NCBI RefSeq assembly: GCF_001194135.2
Contig: NC_068986.1
Coordinates: 80,258,819 to 80,322,818, forward strand
Source: Octopus bimaculoides
Taxonomy: Eukaryota
Direction: 5' to 3'
DNA length: 64,000 nucleotides
Positions within the stretch are counted from its first letter, which is position 1. Each line of letters opens with the position of its first letter. The notes beneath the pieces were generated by a model. The model saw nothing but the letters and a program-made list of their open reading frames with translations, had not been told where the DNA came from and made no database searches. This document shows positions 51,660 through 63,150 of this stretch, one piece after another. A program made the position numbers and the translations under genes.

Positions 51660-52790
51660 ATCATCATCATCATTGTTTAACGTCCGTTTTCCATGCTGGC
51701 ATGGGATGCACGGTTTGACTGCAGTCTGGAGAGCCAGCAGCTGCACCAGGCTCCAATCTGACCAGGCAATGTTTCTACAGCTGGATGCTCTTTGTAACAC
51801 CAACCACTCCGAGAGTGTAGTGGGTGCTTTTTATGTACCACCAGCACAGGAGCCAGTCAGGCGGACTTGGCAACGATCACGTTCAGGTGGTGCTTTTTTA
51901 CGTGCCACCGGCCCAGGAGCCAGTCAAGGGGTACTGGCATCAGTCACAATCGGTTGGTGCTTTTTACGTGTCACCAGCACAAGAGCCAGTCAGGCAGACT
52001 TGGTATTGACCACATTCAGATGGTGCTTTTTACGTGCCACTGGCATGGGAGATAGACTCAGGGTACTGGCATCAGGCCACATTCAGTTGGTGCTTTTTAC
52101 GTGCCACCGGCAGGGGAGCCAGTCAGGCAGATCAGGCATCGACCACATTCGAATGGTACTTTTTACGTGCCACTGGCACGGGAGCCAGTCAGGGTCTTCT
52201 CAATCACAGCATATTTCCAAAGGTCTCGGTCTCCTGTCATTGCCTCTGTGAGGCCCAATATTCGAAGGTCATGCTTCACCACCTCATCCCATGTCTTCCT
52301 GGGTCTACCTCTTCCACAGGTTTCTTCTACAGTTAGGGAGTGACACTTCACACAGCTGTTTCCATTCATACATAACACATGGCCAAACCAGTGCAGTCGC
52401 CTCTCTTGCACACCAAATTTGAGGCTTCTTATACCCAATTTTTTTCTCAGGGTGCTTACATTCTGTTGTGTATGCATACTGACATTACACATCCAGCAGA
52501 TCATACTAGCTTCATTTCTTTCAAGCCTACGCATGTCCTCAGCATTCATGGCCCATGTTTCACTGCTGTGTAGCATGGCAGTTCACACACATGCATCATA
52601 CAGTCTACCTTTCACCCTGAGCAAGAGGCCCTTAGTTGCCAGCAGAAGTAGGAGATACCAGAACTTTTCCCAGGGTATAATTACTATAGTCGCTACACCC
52701 TCAGAGCAACCACCCCCACTACAAACTTGGTCGCCTAGGAAGCAGAAGCTATTAACTAGTTCTAGTTTTTTTTCCCCCCTAGCATGCGAT
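51660..52790 (-). mobile_element. RTE-clade LINE 3' end (ORF2 C-terminus, tandem-repeat 3' UTR, tail ending in (GAT)n)
   Basis: ORF 52163-52576: MLHSSETW..RRLERNEASM..VQERRLHWFGHV..GRGRPRKTWDEVVKHDL. It is followed by the 66/67-bp array and the common tail. Confidence 0.9.
51823..52200. repeat. 66/67-bp tandem array (6 units, alternating A/B subtypes) in the RTE 3' UTR
   Basis: GGTGCTTTT-type anchors at 51823, 51889, 51956, 52022, 52089 and 52155. Confidence 0.9.
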
Positions 52791-53999
52791 GGAATGTTTA
52801 AATCCTATAACTTAGTGGTTCAACAAATACAGAAGTTAGGACCTGAAATATGTAGGGGTGAGGGGTCTATATGCACAAGGCACTAAACCCCTGAAGCAGT
52901 ATCTTGGCATAGGTGCAGTTTCATGACTGAAACCAGTGGCAGAGTTAATGTTAATTCAAAAGGCCAGAGGATTTGTAGAATTGGTATAGTGCCAGACAAA
53001 ATGCCTTGTAGCATTTAGTTGCATACCTTTACATTCTGAGTTCAAATTTCACTAAAGTCAACTTTGCTTTTCCTTCTTCCTCGGTTGGTAAAATAAAATA
53101 CTAGTCCAGTAGTGGGTCAATATAATTGACTGTCCCTTCCTTCCAACTAACAACATTTGTGACTTTTGTGCCTTTGTAAGAAATTCATATCATTGACAGC
53201 AATATCAGTAAAGAAATAGTCAAAATACCCAGCTGTATTTAGTACATCTCTTTTTGGTTGTAAGTTCAAATCCTACTAAGGCAACTTTGCCTTTCATCCT
53301 TCACAAATAAATACCTGTCACGTACTATAAGTAGATTATATCAAATACACTCATATCCAAAATTTATGGTCTTGTGGTAAAGTAAATAACAGAAATCATT
53401 ATCATTACTATTAAATGAAGTGGCACAGGTATGGCTAAGTAATTAAGAAATTCACTTTGTAACTATGTAGTTTCAGGTTCAATCCCACTGCATGGCATTG
53501 TAGGCAAGTGTCTTCAACCAAAGCTACAAGTGGACCAACACCTTATAGATGAAAGTTAGACAGAAAAAGCTGTCAAAACACCTTTCTTGTTCTTTAGATA
53601 CTGGACAATCCATCACTCAAGCCATGGGAGCCTTTAGGAGTTCACTTTATTGCAAAATTTTGAGTTAGATCTCTGGTCTTTGGATAACATCCTCCAACCA
53701 ATCAAAAAACACATGGACACTGTCCTTCTTCTTTTGATGAAACCATTAAAAAATTGAAAATACAACTCATATGCATGCCCTATCAAGAAAATTTCTCAGT
53801 AAACAACATAGACAGCTTCACTTATGGTATTAACTCTTCAGGAAAGCAAAAATGCTATCATATGTTCTATTAACTCTATATTATTATAACTAGTAGATTA
53901 GCGAAATTTACAGACTAATCATAAAATAAATGTAATATCATTGCTCCCAGTTATTCCAAGCAAAAGCCTTAATTAAAAAGTGAAATTAAAAAGAAAAAC

Positions 54000-54083
54000 C
54001 TTTTTGTGTTCTTTCAATGCCACAGCAACATCAAACTTTTTCTGAATATAGGGTTTCTTCTTAACAGTTTTCTTACTCATCAT
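54000..54083 (-). CDS. RRN3: RRN3/TIF-IA coding exon 1 (start codon; exon begins at 54103 with 20 nt of 5' UTR)
   Basis: MMSKKTVKKKPYIQKKFDVAVALKEHKK, similar to human RKTVRF..VTEVLLKYKK. Acceptor ttgcag at 54104-54105, in-frame TGA TAA just upstream of the ATG, donor AAG|gttttt, phase 0. Confidence 0.8.
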
Positions 54084-56595
54084 TGAAGTTTATCAAGAAA
54101 AACCTGCAATTTGAAATAAAAACTAGTTTATTATTACTGAATCTCATGAATATTTTTTTGTTACTATAATGCATAAGGATGAGGACAGCTGCATAAAGAA
54201 GTACTGAGCTCTAATTGTGGAGGATACCTGTACAAGGGGTAGACATAGGATGATGTGGTGCACTGAGGAAAAGACAAGGGACCAGGTGATGTGATGATTC
54301 GCTGTACTTGATAAGACATGTTAAGCTAAGTAAAATCAGTCTTCCACACATACAGGATTGTCCTTTCAGGTGCCGGTGCCACATAAAAAGCACTTGTGCT
54401 GATGCTGCATAATCACACCCAGCACACTGTTTAGTGGTTGGCATCAGGAAAGGCATCCATCTGTAGAAATCCTGCCACAACAGACAGTTGGAGTCTGGAC
54501 AGCTCCCTGCTAGCCAGCTCATGTCAAGTTGTCCAACCCATGCCAGCATGGAAAGCCAACACGAAATGGTGATGAAGCTATTAAAACATGCTATTTCATG
54601 CGCCAGTTACACATAAAAACACTCAGTATGCACTGTAAAGTGGTTGGCATTAGGAAGGGTATCCAGATGTAGAAACCAAGCCAAAATCAGACTGGAACCT
54701 AGTGCAGCTCTCCGGCTTACCAATGCCAGCATGGAAAATGGATGTTAAATGATGATGATTAAAGCATGAAATACTTAAGATATTCAACTAAAAGCATTTT
54801 TCCTGAATATGCACTATAGAAACTGGGGTCCATCTAAATATCCCTATGTATCTTTTACACCATCAAATATGCTAATTAGATTAAAACATTATTACCATCA
54901 TCATCATTGTCCACCTTCCACACTGGCATGGGTTGGATAGTTTGGCTAGGTAGAAGCCTGCACCATACATCAGTGTCTGTTTTGGCATGGTTTTTTAAGG
55001 CTGGATGTCCTTCCTAACACTAACCATTCGGCAGACTGGGCCAGTGCTTTTTACATGGCACCAGCACAAGCAAGGTCAGTTTTGACATGGTTTTTACAGC
55101 TGAATGCCCTTCCAAATGCCAGTCACTTTACTGTGTAGACTGGATGCTTTTTAAGTGGCACCTGCACTGGCAGGGTCACCAAGTAACTTTGCAAGACAAG
55201 GAATCTTTGAGAGGGGAGGAGGAATTGGAGGANNNNNNNNNNACTGGCAGGGTCACCAAGTAACTTTGCAAGACAAGGAATCTTTGAGAGGGGAGGAGGA
55301 ATTGGAGGAGGTGGTCTTGTGCTAAGTGATGAAAAGTTAGAGTGTGACAGAGAGACAGCAACAGATATCTTGCTGTAGAGGAAGTACGTGGCTACCCAGA
55401 GAGAGTAGAAATAAAGGATCCTAGTTTGAGCTAAGCCTGGCACTATGTACAGACAAGAATAGATAAGGGAACAAATGTTAGGCTAGCAGTTGAATTTTTT
55501 TTTTTTTACCTTCTTCTAAACCTTGTTAAAATAATGATGTTAATATACATGTATGAAACAAACAATATCAAGAAAGATAGACTTGTCAGAAACAACCTGA
55601 CAAACATATGAAAATTCATAAAACTGAACCAATGGCAAAAACCACTATACGGTCATTCCATCTGCTAGAAATAGTGAGTTATGTGGCTTGGAGTACGACA
55701 CTAAATTTGTGATATCTACCAAACCTAATTGTCACGTTAGTAAAAACAATATCACAAAGCTTAGCAATGTGTAACAAGTGCAGCTATTCATAGTGAAGCG
55801 AGCCTAGTAATTCATGTCAAAGTATATACATGGTTACCCAAAGAGAGAGTAGAAATAAAGGATCTAGTTTGAGCTAGGTCTGGTACTATGGACAGACAAG
55901 AATAGATACCTTGATAACACAGCGAACAAACGTTAGGCTAGTCGTTGGGATTTTTTTTTTCTTATCTTCTTTTTCACTTTCCTCTTCTAAACATTAAGAT
56001 AATGATGTTAATAATATACATGTAAGAAACAAACAATATCAAGAAAGAGAGACTTGTCAGAAACAACCACGACAAATTTGAAAACATCCAAGTTAACACA
56101 AATGCTGAAGCTATGAGGAAGGCATTCATATCAATCAACATGGAAGAAAAAAGAGCATGCTCGGCTTTCTGCATTCATATTCAGTCAACAGTAACTGTTG
56201 ATGTGGAGATATTGGACATCATCTCAACACAAACTCGAGTAAGCTGTCCAAAGTTAATTCATTCATAACTCATTAAGAACTGTTCGTTCTTGTATTTAAA
56301 CAGTAAATAGAGAATTTGTTGATGGGCACACATCAAGGGGCTATAACATGGGGCAGAGACAGCAAGAACTCTACTCGATTCATACAGGAAAGATTTGTGT
56401 AGTGACCTGCATTTCACGATATCTTATAACTATTATAAGATATCAGTCTTCATTATCCATGTAATTAATATGTGAATACATAAAGAATTGGAATCCTAAT
56501 TACTACTTTTGGGTAGTTGGCTGCGTCTCATGTTTCCGAGCTTGCAATCCAGTTCATTTTCTTGGGTGTTTGAACAGCAGATGGTACCGCAATCC

Positions 56596-56845
56596 GGTAC
56601 TACTGAAGCAGCGTGGTTCCGAACGCGCAGTCGCGCGTCCGAGGTAGCTAGTCGCGAGTGGTCGATCCAACAAAAAGTGTGCGTGTGCGCGCGTGCAAAT
56701 GAATACGTGTTTAGGGTTAGGGTTAGGATTGACCACTCACGACTAGCTAGCGCGGACGCGCGACCGCGCGTTCGGGACCACGCTGCTTTAGTAGGTACTA
56801 CTAAAGCAGAGTGGTCCCGAACGCGCAGTCGCGCGTCCGAGGTAG
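56596..56845. repeat. CpG-rich tandem foldback (MITE-like) array with 198-bp period and internal TTAGGG, running into a 906-N gap
   Basis: ~70-bp inverted arms (~56601-56668 / ~56726-56794). The spacer carries TTAGGGTTAGGGTTAGGA (56711-56728). A second copy starts GGTACTACTAAAGCAG at 56794. Confidence 0.8.
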
Positions 56846-57759
56846 NNNNNNNNNNNNNNNNNNNNNNNNNNNNNNNNNNNNNNNNNNNNNNNNNNNNNNN
56901 NNNNNNNNNNNNNNNNNNNNNNNNNNNNNNNNNNNNNNNNNNNNNNNNNNNNNNNNNNNNNNNNNNNNNNNNNNNNNNNNNNNNNNNNNNNNNNNNNNNN
57001 NNNNNNNNNNNNNNNNNNNNNNNNNNNNNNNNNNNNNNNNNNNNNNNNNNNNNNNNNNNNNNNNNNNNNNNNNNNNNNNNNNNNNNNNNNNNNNNNNNNN
57101 NNNNNNNNNNNNNNNNNNNNNNNNNNNNNNNNNNNNNNNNNNNNNNNNNNNNNNNNNNNNNNNNNNNNNNNNNNNNNNNNNNNNNNNNNNNNNNNNNNNN
57201 NNNNNNNNNNNNNNNNNNNNNNNNNNNNNNNNNNNNNNNNNNNNNNNNNNNNNNNNNNNNNNNNNNNNNNNNNNNNNNNNNNNNNNNNNNNNNNNNNNNN
57301 NNNNNNNNNNNNNNNNNNNNNNNNNNNNNNNNNNNNNNNNNNNNNNNNNNNNNNNNNNNNNNNNNNNNNNNNNNNNNNNNNNNNNNNNNNNNNNNNNNNN
57401 NNNNNNNNNNNNNNNNNNNNNNNNNNNNNNNNNNNNNNNNNNNNNNNNNNNNNNNNNNNNNNNNNNNNNNNNNNNNNNNNNNNNNNNNNNNNNNNNNNNN
57501 NNNNNNNNNNNNNNNNNNNNNNNNNNNNNNNNNNNNNNNNNNNNNNNNNNNNNNNNNNNNNNNNNNNNNNNNNNNNNNNNNNNNNNNNNNNNNNNNNNNN
57601 NNNNNNNNNNNNNNNNNNNNNNNNNNNNNNNNNNNNNNNNNNNNNNNNNNNNNNNNNNNNNNNNNNNNNNNNNNNNNNNNNNNNNNNNNNNNNNNNNNNN
57701 NNNNNNNNNNNNNNNNNNNNNNNNNNNNNNNNNNNNNNNNNNNNNNNNNNNACATTTGT

Positions 57760-57840
57760 TTACACAGGTTGCACTATTTTTTTCTGATTTTCGTTTCCGG
57801 TTCAAGTTGTAAACATTAACAAAAATGGCTTTACTATAAG
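57760..57840 (-). promoter_or_regulatory. Candidate RRN3 promoter / non-coding first exon region
   Basis: The start-codon exon has a splice acceptor, so an upstream exon is required. ETS-like CCGGAA (57795-57800) and YY1-like AAAATGGC (57822-57829) motifs lie here next to a gap. Motif evidence only. Confidence 0.3.
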
Positions 57841-59561
57841 TGAAAAAAAAAAAGAAGTAAATTTAAGACGAAACAATAAATTTAAGTCAGTCATTTATTG
57901 ACGAAAACAACTCTCATAGTATCGTGGCATTAAATGTATGTTTTCCTGCGACTTCTTTACCCAAGATTCTAACACCCAAAGCAATTAATTGTAATCATAT
58001 TATTAAACGCCGATAAATTATCATGTGTTCATTAGAAACGTAAATTAATGCTTAACATTATATATATGTGTGTGTGTACCGATATCATAAGACTGCATGC
58101 AGTAAAATCACTGTAGTGAACCAGAATCTGTTTCATTGCAAATGTTCAAGCTGTTCATCGCCTGCACTAATTTCACTCATCTAAAGGGTCTGCAAAGGAC
58201 CTCCTCTGATAAATTCATAAATAAACTAACAAGGGAAATTAGCAGCCCCAAAAAAAACGCCTTTAAATGAGACCCCAAATGTCTTCCAATAAGAACAGAG
58301 CTACCTTGTCACAGTTATACAAAAAGGCGAGATAGTCACGGCTGGAGAGCATTTTGTCACAGATATGCTATATAAGTGATAACCTGAAGGCTAAACAACA
58401 ACTTTTAAGAAATATTTGTAAAAGAATATGCATACATAGAAAATGTAGTGAGGAAAGATAATTCCAGCTACATACATTTCGACCACGTGTTACAATGTTT
58501 AAATAAAATATGGCATAAGCAAATAAGGAAAAAAAGCAAGCATTTTTGCAAGTACAACTGGAGTTTTAGGGGTGAAAATTTATCATTTTTAAAAATACAA
58601 AAATTACCAAAACAGCAAATTAGTGTAAAATTTTTCGACAAGCCAGCCTTTTATATTTTGACGAAAATCATTTCAGGCCGAAATATGTTCCCAATGTTTA
58701 AGCAATTAATGATCTCTATTTAGAAATAGTTAATGGCTTATAAAATAGAATAGGTTCCTTATAAGTTTATGTGTTAGTTTTTATTCTCAAAATGTAACAA
58801 AAATAACTACTTACTTCAAAATTTCAAGAATATGCAGATATTATACCATGTGCAACAATTTTCAGAAAGAACGTTGAGTGAGAGAGGTTTGTCAAATTTA
58901 TATACGCAGTTTCGTATTTTCAAATGCAAAGTCAGCTTACATTTATCGGTATTATTAATTTTTATTATCCTGAGTGTTTCAATTATAAGATTAAGTATCA
59001 ATATACATTATTTTAATATTATTGTTATTATTAAAGCGAAAAGCAGGCAGAACTGTTAATGCGTCGCGGTGTTTCTTCTGACTATTTATGATCTGAGTTC
59101 AAATTCCACCGAGGTCGACTTTGCCTTTCATCCTTCGATACTGGAGTAGATGTAATCGACTATCCTATTTCCCTAATATTTTATGCCTTGTGCCTATAGC
59201 AGAAATGGTCGTTGCCGTGGTGGTGGTGGTGGGAAGAAATGGAAATTTGGAGCTCCGTAAGCCTGTTCAGTCAATTATTTTGTAATAACTATTTTGCTGA
59301 CACTGTGTAGAGTGTAACTCAGTGATATTTATTTTACATTTATGTGAAAACAAAGATTTTGCATATTTTTCCACTTTATAAAAAATGTCGGGATACGTCA
59401 AAATAATAATAATTGACGGTGAACAGCGTTCTGTCGACCCACTTTTAATTCCAAATGTAACCATGGCCGGAGTTAAAATAAATAATCTACACAAAGCAAT
59501 GGAATTTAGTCTTGTTGCTATGACGACAGCAAAACCTGCAAAGATACAAGTAACAGCAAAG

Positions 59562-60264
59562 GGATCTATTTTAAAACGGGGGCCACAGTTTTCATTAATG
59601 TTTTACGTAGTGTTTTTAGTACCGAAAGACTTTCAAACTTCGTATACTTATCTATTTTGTGTTATAGAACAGAAAAATATTTTTGTATTCGAATTTATTT
59701 CATGTAAAAAATTGTCTTATTTCGATAATTTCAACCAATCACTGACAAGTATTCGGTTGTTTATATTTACTCCTTTGGCTGATTAAGCGGTGTAAAGTGT
59801 ATTTAATATTTGCTTTTTCATTTTAAATTTGCTTTTTTCATTTTCTTTTTTTTTTCTTCGTTTTATTTGCCTTTTTGTTTTTAAATTTGCTGTTTTACCC
59901 TAACCCTAACCCTAGGGTTAGGGTTAGGGTTAGGGTTAGCCTATAATAGAAAGGTTTATTAGCTACTGCCAATATGCTTCAGCCATTTTTTGACAAGGAA
60001 ATAATAATTTTATCACCGATAGAATTGTTTCAGAATCGTTTGTTTATGTAGTCGGCACTTAATGTATATCGGCTGAATGGACGTCAGTGATTGGTTGAAA
60101 TTACAGAAATACGACAACTTTAACATGGAATAACTTAGGGATTTCTTTTTTATTTTAAGAAGACTAAGAGAAAAAGATGTTTTATATGACACATTCTACC
60201 AGTGTTCCAAGTTTCAAAGTGTTTCGTTAAGAAAATACTGTGGTCCCCGTTTTAAAATAGATCC
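59562..60264. mobile_element. Non-autonomous TIR element (Merlin-like: GG..CC ends, 8-bp TSD) with central telomeric palindrome
   Basis: TIR GGATCTATTTTAAAACGGGG(G/A)CCACAGT at both ends (28 bp, 1 mismatch). CAGCAAAG duplicated at 59554-59561 and 60265-60272. Inner inverted repeat at ~59710-59745 / ~60083-60118. Confidence 0.85.
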
Positions 60265-62281
60265 CAGCAAAGACAGTGATAGCAGCAACAGTAACGGCAA
60301 TGCGCACAACAGCAGAAATAGTAGAAACAAAAATAATAGCAACATCAACAACGTGAACAACAAGATTGGAAATAACAACAGCGAACAACGAAAATAAGAA
60401 TGCAGTTATCAATGGTAATTGTAGTAATAACAACAACAAAAACAAAAGCAGCAATAATAATATTTTTAAAAACCACAACGACTCTTCATCTTCTCGTGGG
60501 CAGTTAGCCAGTGAGCTGTGTATTGCGTGCAAGATGTGAAAAGAAACGTCCTCCGGTACAAAAATAATACAGTAACACTAGGTGTTATGTCCTTTAGTGA
60601 GGAGGGAAAAACTTAATAAGAACAAAAACCATTTCTCTCAAGGAGAGGAAACTTAAATTTCCTACTCCGGCAGAAACAGAAAAATGCCTCCAGGATGTGT
60701 GGCTGTCAGTGCTACACATATATAAAGGAAAACAATATGGGGCGGTAGCTGCTACATGCAACAGCTAACTAGAAGCCAGAAGAATGACAACAATTATTTG
60801 CACATCCCAGGCCTTTATAATGATTCCCCATTATATCAGTAAAAGGTTTACTCGAATTCGAGTCAAGAACGTGTCAGTTCACCATGATCTAGGAAGGGTC
60901 TTAACCATTCTGGAGAGCATAAGGAGATTGTAGAGGTGAAGTCCACCCTTCATTTCAACAGGACTGGAATTCTTATGGAATCCTAGGTACTACTTTCTCC
61001 ACAAGAAATAAATTGCATTCTCGATTTTTTTCTGTTTCTCACTTCTATCTTTTCTGTTGTCAAAGAAAATATTCCTACAGCGTTCGCTATTTAACTCTCG
61101 TTCTGGTCTACCGACCCTCCATGTTTGTTTTCATTCGGTTTCCTTGTATGTCTTCACTGTCCTGTTTTTGTTCCTAACTTTAACCCTCTGTAGTAACGCT
61201 GTGCGCATGCGTGGAATTCAACAACCAAGCTTTCCCGCTTCATTCTGTCTCTTTCTTGCTGGCCAGCGATTGAGCAAGGACGTGTTTAGTTGTCTCTCTC
61301 CATCTTTCGAACTTACGCTAGACAGCTCGCTCACATCTACATACCAACGTCCCAACAACCTCGCTCACACACACAGAAGCTGTAACAACAAACAAGAGCT
61401 AAAGATGTATATATTAACCACCTTAAATAAATGTTGTTAGGTTGATAGTCTGGAGTTCAGCGTTCCGTTAATTTCTAATTTTATATAGGAAAGTCAGGTA
61501 TACATCTAATGATGTATAACCCACTTTCCTATACCTCCNNNNNNNNNNTCAGCGTTCCGTTAATTTCTAATTTTATATAGGAAAGTCAGGTATACATCTA
61601 ATGATGTATAACCCACTTTCCTATACCTCCATAAATCCCAAATTTTATTTTGGTACTCAGGGCGCAACTGTCTTCGAAGACTCATATTGTCGTCCAATGC
61701 TTGAAATGAGGAGTAGGTAGGCAGCCGACAACTGACGAAGGGTCGTTTCCCTGTGCCTGTGAAATCTTGTATCCCTGCCGTAAGTCTTTATTTCCACACA
61801 CGCCAGCTTAATTTAATTCGTCCTTAGTCGAAAGACAGCTGTTATGTCCTGTTATTTGTATTTGTGTAACATTCTCCGGTTTTCTTTCCGTCTTTGTTTT
61901 CGTATACATTGCTACTTTCTTCCAATGAATCTAATGCTTTTAGCTTAGTTTTTCCTCGAGGCTGGCCAGATTGGAGCAATTTCGAGTATAACCAGCCGAA
62001 ATTGCAAGGATAATCTGGAACTCGACTAAGGAAAGAAAACTCCGAATGATCCGTCCTTGTTTTCTTTGTATCGTCTGATGCTTTGTTGTCCCTTTTTTGT
62101 AACACCTGTCTGAATGTTTTGAGTTCTTGTCCCATTTTGTATTTATCTATAATATAAATTGAACATGGGCGACCGTTGTATTCTTTCTTGTCTCGAGGTT
62201 CACGGCCAAACGGCTGGGTGGATTCTCATGAAAATGGCAAACATGTGGAGACGGGTGCATATTTTGGAATGCGGGGGGTGA

Positions 62282-62550
62282 AAATTACTTCCTGGAAAAT
62301 TCCGAACAGGGGGGGTTACTTCCTGAAAAGTTCCGAGGAGGAAGGGACGAATTACTTCTTTGAAATTTCCAAGGAAGGGGAGGGGGAGGAATTATTCATG
62401 GAAAGTTCCGAGGAAGGGGTGAATTAATTCCTGAAAAGTTCCGAGGAGGGGGAGGAATTACTTCCTTGAAAATTCAAAGAAAGGGGAGGAGAGGGAGGAA
62501 ATACTTCATGGAAAGATCAGGGTGGAGCGAATTACTTTCTGGAAAGTTCC
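62282..62550. repeat. Degenerate ~41-bp purine-rich minisatellite (AATTACTTCCTGGAAAGTTCCGAGG..) with a 21-bp relative at 63160-63243
   Basis: Repeated TTCNNNGAA plus AGTTCC blocks flank the GA-rich tract. Confidence 0.8.
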
Positions 62551-62591
62551 CCTTGTCTTAGCGGTTAAGCAATGGCGATCGATAAAATGTC

Positions 62592-63150
62592 AGACAGAGA
62601 GAAACGAAAAGAGAGAGAAAAAGAGACAGAGAGTGAGACAGAGAGAGAGCGAGCGACACAGAGAAAGAGAGACAGAGGAAGAGAAAGAGTGACAGACATC
62701 GAGAGATAGAGAGAGAGAGACAGAGAAAGAGAGAGACATAGAAAGAGAGAGACAGACAGACAGAGAGAGAGAGAGACAGAGAGAAAAGGGAGAGAGAGAG
62801 AGAGAAAAAGAGAGAGAGGAGAAGAAAGAGACACAGAGAGAGACAGAGAGTGAGAGAGAGAGACAGAAACAGAGTGAGAGAGAGACAGAGAAAGAAACAG
62901 AGTGAGAGAGAGACAGATAGAGAGAGTCAGAGCGGGAGAGAGAGAGGCAGAGAGACAAGCAGAGAGAGAGAGACACACACACACAGAGTGAGAGACAGAG
63001 GGAGAGAAAGAGAGAGATAGACACAGAGAGAGAGAGAAAGGGAGAGAGAGAGAAAGAGATAGAGAAAGGGAGAGAGAGAGACAGAGAGATGCAGAGAAAG
63101 ACAGAGTGAGAAACAGAGAGTGTGAGAGATAGAGACAGAGAGAGTGAGAC
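62592..63150. repeat. Compound (GA)n/(GACA)n low-complexity tract
   Basis: Visible directly; it explains the spurious Leu/Ser-rich ORFs. Confidence 0.95.

Noticed and set aside
51823-52200. CRISPR-like repeat/spacer appearance
   Set aside because: The spacers are related to each other and alternate, the array sits in a LINE 3' UTR within a eukaryotic intron, and there are no cas genes.
55173-55310. Tandem duplications flanking 10-N gaps (also 35972-36079 and ~61456-61630)
   Set aside because: Identical sequence on both sides of a fixed-size gap is typical of unmerged contig overlaps.
34963-57819. Long ORFs in the track at 34963-35832, 39939-40613 and 56496-57819
   Set aside because: They consist mostly of N-gap translations.
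59385-59786. 133-aa plus-strand ORF (and an RFX-like GTTGCTATGACGAC at 59514-59527) as a divergent gene
   Set aside because: The ORF reads straight across the TIR-element boundary at 59562 and shows no recognisable homology; the motif alone is insufficient.
59897-59935. Telomere-telomere chromosome fusion scar
   Set aside because: The orientation is (CCCTAA)n then (TTAGGG)n, opposite to an end-to-end fusion, and it lies inside a TSD-flanked element.
61732-61850. Second hammerhead candidate (CTGACGA-AGGG..CCCT; later GAAAGACAGCTGTT)
   Set aside because: No GAAA follows the apparent stem II, and the downstream GAAA cannot be placed in a canonical core. It may be a decayed Penelope end but is unsupported.
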